A stretch of 47,201 nt of DNA, taken from assembly GCA_049436045.1 (NCBI GenBank), contig JBMTHG010000002.1, forward strand, positions 1 to 47,201, written 5' to 3'. Shown in pieces: positions 43,403 through 47,201 of this stretch. The position numbers and the translations under genes were made by a program. Every line of letters starts with the position of its first letter. Position 1 is the first letter of the stretch. A model generated the notes under the pieces. The model was not told the origin of the DNA, searched no databases, and was given only the letters and a program-made list of their open reading frames with translations. The DNA is from Bdellovibrionota bacterium (lineage in GTDB: Bacteria > Bdellovibrionota > UBA2394).

Positions 43403-46084
43403 ATGAAAAATTCTCAAGCGATCTACGTTGTCGATGCCAGTTCGTTTATTTTTAGAGCTTATTATGCTTTAGCGCCCCTTTCTTCAAAGGGGCGACCTTC
43501 CCATGCCGTCGCGGGCTTTGCCTCGATGCTTTTAAAGCTGATTCGCGATAAGCAGCCCTTATCTTTGGTCGTCGTTTTCGATTCAAAAAAGCCGAGCTTT
43601 CGAAAAGAGATTTTTCCCGATTACAAAGCCAATCGAGAGGTGCCGCCACCTGATCTTTCAGGTCAAATTGAGGCTGTCATAAAAATGTGCCATCAGGCGG
43701 GGCTATCTTGTCTGCAAGAAGAGGGCATTGAAGCAGATGATTGGATTGCGACTTTTGTGCGGCGTTATGAGTCGGCTCATCCCGTGGTCATTGTTTCTGC
43801 CGACAAAGATTTAACTCAGCTCATTGATGAACAGGTGTCGATGTATGATACTTTTCGTGAAAAGATTTGGAGCGCCAAAGAGGTTGAAGAAAAGTGGGGA
43901 GTTCAGCCCTCTCAAATGCGAGATCTGCTCGCGCTGACTGGAGACACTTCAGACAATATTCCAGGCATCGAGGGAGTGGGGCCAAAGACAGCCTCGAAGT
44001 GGTTGCAAGATTTTAAAGATATTCAGGGGATTTTTAAGAATCTCTCAAAACTTTCTGAAAAAATGCAGGCGAAGATCGGCTCCTCTAAAGAAGCTCTCGA
44101 TCTGAGTGTGAAGTTGGTGTCGTTAAAAGATGATATGAAGCTTCCATTTAAGGAGCTGCCAGAGCTTCATATTCCACTTAAAAAAGAGCTGCGGGATTTT
44201 TTAATCGACTGGGATTGTCATCGAATCCTCGATCAAAATTCAGATTTGCTTGGTGATGGTGAGATTCGATCGGCTTCGCTCAATACAAAAAAAGAGTCTT
44301 CGATAAAAAAAATTCTCGTTGAGTCTGAGGAAGATTTAAAGCGCTTAGAAGCTGAGATTTTAAAGGCAAAGTTAATTGCCTTTGATTGTGAGACCTCTTC
44401 TTTTAATCGAGAGGAAGCCGAGTTGGTGGGGATCTCATTTTGCACTCATGAGGCTGAGGCTTGGTATTTGCCCTATCGTCACGGAAAGTCTGAGATTTCA
44501 GAGAAGGTAAAATTCGATTTTCTCGAGCGCATCTTTCAAAAAAAAGATCTTCGCTTTGTGGCTCACAATTCAAAATATGATTTAGAGATTTTCAAAAAAG
44601 AAGAAATTCCAAATGGCTTTTTTTGTCATGACACGATGATTCTGTCTCATCTTTTAAACGCCGACAGAAGGTCTCATTCTTTAGACAATCTAGCGAAGGA
44701 CTTTTTGAACGAAGAAAAGGGTGATCTGAAAAAGCTTTTGGATGGAGAGCAAAACTTTGCGAGTTTAGACCTGAAGGTGGCCACCCAATATGCCGCTCAA
44801 GATGCAGCTCTTACTTTTCAACTTTTTGAGCTTTTTTATCCGAAGATAAAGGCAGAAAAAGAAGTTTTTTGGCTCTATGAAAATGTCGAGCTACCTCTAG
44901 TGCCTGTTTTGGCAGAGATGGAAAGAGCCGGCATTCTTTTAGACACGAAGGTCTTGAAAAAACTTTCAGAAGAGATGCACGAGGATCTTTCGCGAATTCA
45001 AAAAGAAATTTTTAAAGAGGTCGGGTTCGAGTTTAATATTGGTTCGCCAAAACAACTTCAAGATGTGCTCTTTGAGAAGTTGAAATTGCCAACGGGCAAG
45101 AGAACAAAAACGGGATTTTCGACAGATGAAAAAGTTCTGTCTGAACTCGCGATAGAACATAAAGTTCCTCGGCTGATTTTGGAGCAAAGAAAGCTAGCGA
45201 AACTGACCTCGACTTATGTGGATGTTTTGCCGGAGCTTGTCTCAAAAAAGGATCATCGACTTCACACGCACTATCATCAAACGGGCACCGCCACTGGCCG
45301 ACTCAGCAGCTCAGAGCCTAACCTCCAAAATATTCCTGTCAGAACCGAGGCGGGAACAAAAATACGAAAGGCTTTTGTTCCTGAAAAAGGTTTTGAACTT
45401 TTGAGCGCTGACTACTCTCAAGTAGAGCTTCGTTTAATGGCGCATTTCTCTGGAGACAAGACGATGATTGATGCCTTCAATCGTGGAGCCGACATTCATT
45501 CCGAAACGGCGACTGCGATTTTCGGAACGGCGGATCAAGAGCATCGCTCTCGGGCCAAGGCGATTAACTTCGGGGTGATTTATGGCATTTCATCTTTTGG
45601 TCTCTCTCAGCAGTTGGGAATTTCTCGCTCCGATGCCAAAGATTTTATCGATTCTTATTTTGATCGCTTTCCAAAAGTGAAAGAGTTTATGGACTCGGCC
45701 ATCGAAGTGACTCGAAAAAAATTATATTCTGAGACATTGTTTGGAAGACGGCGACCTCTGCCTGATATCAAGAGCAAAAATCCAAGTTTGCGGCAGATGG
45801 CCGAGAGAATGGCCATCAATGCACCTCTTCAGGGAACGGCCGCCGACATCATGAAGTGGGCCATGAATCAGATCTTCAGGGCTCTAAAATCTGCCAAGCT
45901 TCAAAGTCGGCTTTTGCTTCAGGTGCACGATGAGTTGATTTTTGAAGTGCCCGAAAAAGAGCGAAATGAGCTCGAGAGCATCATAAAACACGGAATGGAA
46001 GACTTATCGAAGACTCCGATAAAGAAGCTTAAAGTTCCTTTGGTGGCTGAATTGGGCCATGGAAAAAGCTGGGCCGAGCTTTGA
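43403..46084 (+). CDS. polA: DNA polymerase I
   Basis: A 5'-nuclease domain (DKDLTQL, LTGDTSDNIPG) and a 3'-5' exonuclease domain (FDCETSS, YAAQDA). The polymerase motifs are RLHTHYHQTGTATGRLSS, DYSQVELR, INFGVIYG and QVHDEL. Confidence 0.97.
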   Translation: MKNSQAIYVVDASSFIFRAYYALAPLSSKGRPSHAVAGFASMLLKLIRDKQPLSLVVVFDSKKPSFRKEIFPDYKANREVPPPDLSGQIEAVIKMCHQAGLSCLQEEGIEADDWIATFVRRYESAHPVVIVSADKDLTQLIDEQVSMYDTFREKIWSAKEVEEKWGVQPSQMRDLLALTGDTSDNIPGIEGVGPKTASKWLQDFKDIQGIFKNLSKLSEKMQAKIGSSKEALDLSVKLVSLKDDMKLPFKELPELHIPLKKELRDFLIDWDCHRILDQNSDLLGDGEIRSASLNTKKESSIKKILVESEEDLKRLEAEILKAKLIAFDCETSSFNREEAELVGISFCTHEAEAWYLPYRHGKSEISEKVKFDFLERIFQKKDLRFVAHNSKYDLEIFKKEEIPNGFFCHDTMILSHLLNADRRSHSLDNLAKDFLNEEKGDLKKLLDGEQNFASLDLKVATQYAAQDAALTFQLFELFYPKIKAEKEVFWLYENVELPLVPVLAEMERAGILLDTKVLKKLSEEMHEDLSRIQKEIFKEVGFEFNIGSPKQLQDVLFEKLKLPTGKRTKTGFSTDEKVLSELAIEHKVPRLILEQRKLAKLTSTYVDVLPELVSKKDHRLHTHYHQTGTATGRLSSSEPNLQNIPVRTEAGTKIRKAFVPEKGFELLSADYSQVELRLMAHFSGDKTMIDAFNRGADIHSETATAIFGTADQEHRSRAKAINFGVIYGISSFGLSQQLGISRSDAKDFIDSYFDRFPKVKEFMDSAIEVTRKKLYSETLFGRRRPLPDIKSKNPSLRQMAERMAINAPLQGTAADIMKWAMNQIFRALKSAKLQSRLLLQVHDELIFEVPEKERNELESIIKHGMEDLSKTPIKKLKVPLVAELGHGKSWAEL

Positions 46085-46193
46085 TGGCTGATCTAATTCG
46101 GGCCCAAAAAAAATCAGAAAAAAAAATTTAAAAAAATCTGATTTATCTAGTTGATTTCAAATCGCATCTTGGTGTTCAACAATAAAACACAGG

Positions 46194-46227
46194 GCCTGAA
46201 CACTCAGGCTTTTTGTTCTTTGAAAGT
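46194..46227 (+). promoter_or_regulatory. rrn leader antitermination elements: boxB-like hairpin followed by a boxA-like sequence
   Basis: GCCTGA (46194-46199), ACAC loop, TCAGGC (46204-46209), followed by TTTTTGTTCTTTGAAAG. TGTTCTTTGAAA matches the boxA consensus as I recall it from many rrn leaders. It lies ~150 nt upstream of the mature 16S 5' end. Confidence 0.4.
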
Positions 46228-46332
46228 TAGATAGTAGTGAAACCTCGATTAATTTCGAGATCTTGCGCTTAGTTACGCTCTTATTTGAGAGCAAACTAAG
46301 TCGAACACAATTTGCGTGATTCGGCCAAAATA

Positions 46333-46358
46333 TTGAGCTTTGCTTCGGCAAAGCTCAA
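46333..46358 (+). other. Perfect 11-bp hairpin with a UUCG tetraloop in the 16S leader
   Basis: TTGAGCTTTGC-TTCG-GCAAAGCTCAA, 15 nt upstream of the 16S start. It is probably a leader folding or processing element. Confidence 0.5.
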
Positions 46359-46373
46359 CTCTTCAGAAATTTA

Positions 46374-47201
<828 letters not shown>

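Noticed and set aside
46107-46147. Inverted repeat AAATCAGA...TCTGATTT just after polA.
   Set aside because: It is an A/T-only 8-bp stem with a 17-nt A-rich loop, too unstable to call a terminator or operator with any confidence.
46194-46215. Hairpin plus T-run, first read as the polA terminator.
   Set aside because: The stem is only 6 bp, it lies 110 nt past the polA stop, and it is immediately followed by a boxA-like TGTTCTTTGAAA. I reinterpreted it as a boxB-like rrn leader element.

Overview
This is a 47.2 kb, gene-dense, moderately AT-rich bacterial chromosomal segment. It ends in the first ~830 nt of a 16S rRNA gene. The 16S 5' region and the gene content suggest a deltaproteobacteria-like lineage of the Bdellovibrionota/Oligoflexia type; this is inference only, since no search was possible. 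Most of the window is core housekeeping: truA, rplM-rpsI, rpoN, an M23 peptidase, secA, gap-pgk-tpiA-secG-murB, lepB, xthA, the prkA-yeaH-spoVR stress triad, hup, comM, dnaK, an RND pump, galU and polA. I saw no CRISPR array, tRNA gene, transposase, integrase or phage gene. Three accessory-looking patches stand out. (1) 23.5-31.0 kb, minus strand, holds the main finding. It is a tightly packed cluster in which a secreted cytochrome with 27 CXXCH motifs (nine triheme c7-like modules) is translationally coupled by an ATGA overlap to a ~540-aa predicted outer-membrane beta-barrel. A second composite barrel protein follows, and two small unknown genes plus comM lie upstream. I read this as a candidate porin-cytochrome outer-membrane electron conduit built around one very long cytochrome. 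(2) 31.1-33.2 kb holds two low-complexity lipoprotein genes bracketed by strong bidirectional terminators. (3) 40.4-42.9 kb holds an orphan Flp-type pilin gene with a candidate sigma-54 (-24/-12) promoter. It is followed by a TadE-like mini-ORF, a non-RD Hanks-type Ser/Thr kinase, and a GTGA-coupled HD-GYP-like protein whose HD dyad is degenerate (HR). All product calls rest on motifs I recognise in the translated ORFs. No database search, HMM or fold prediction was run.
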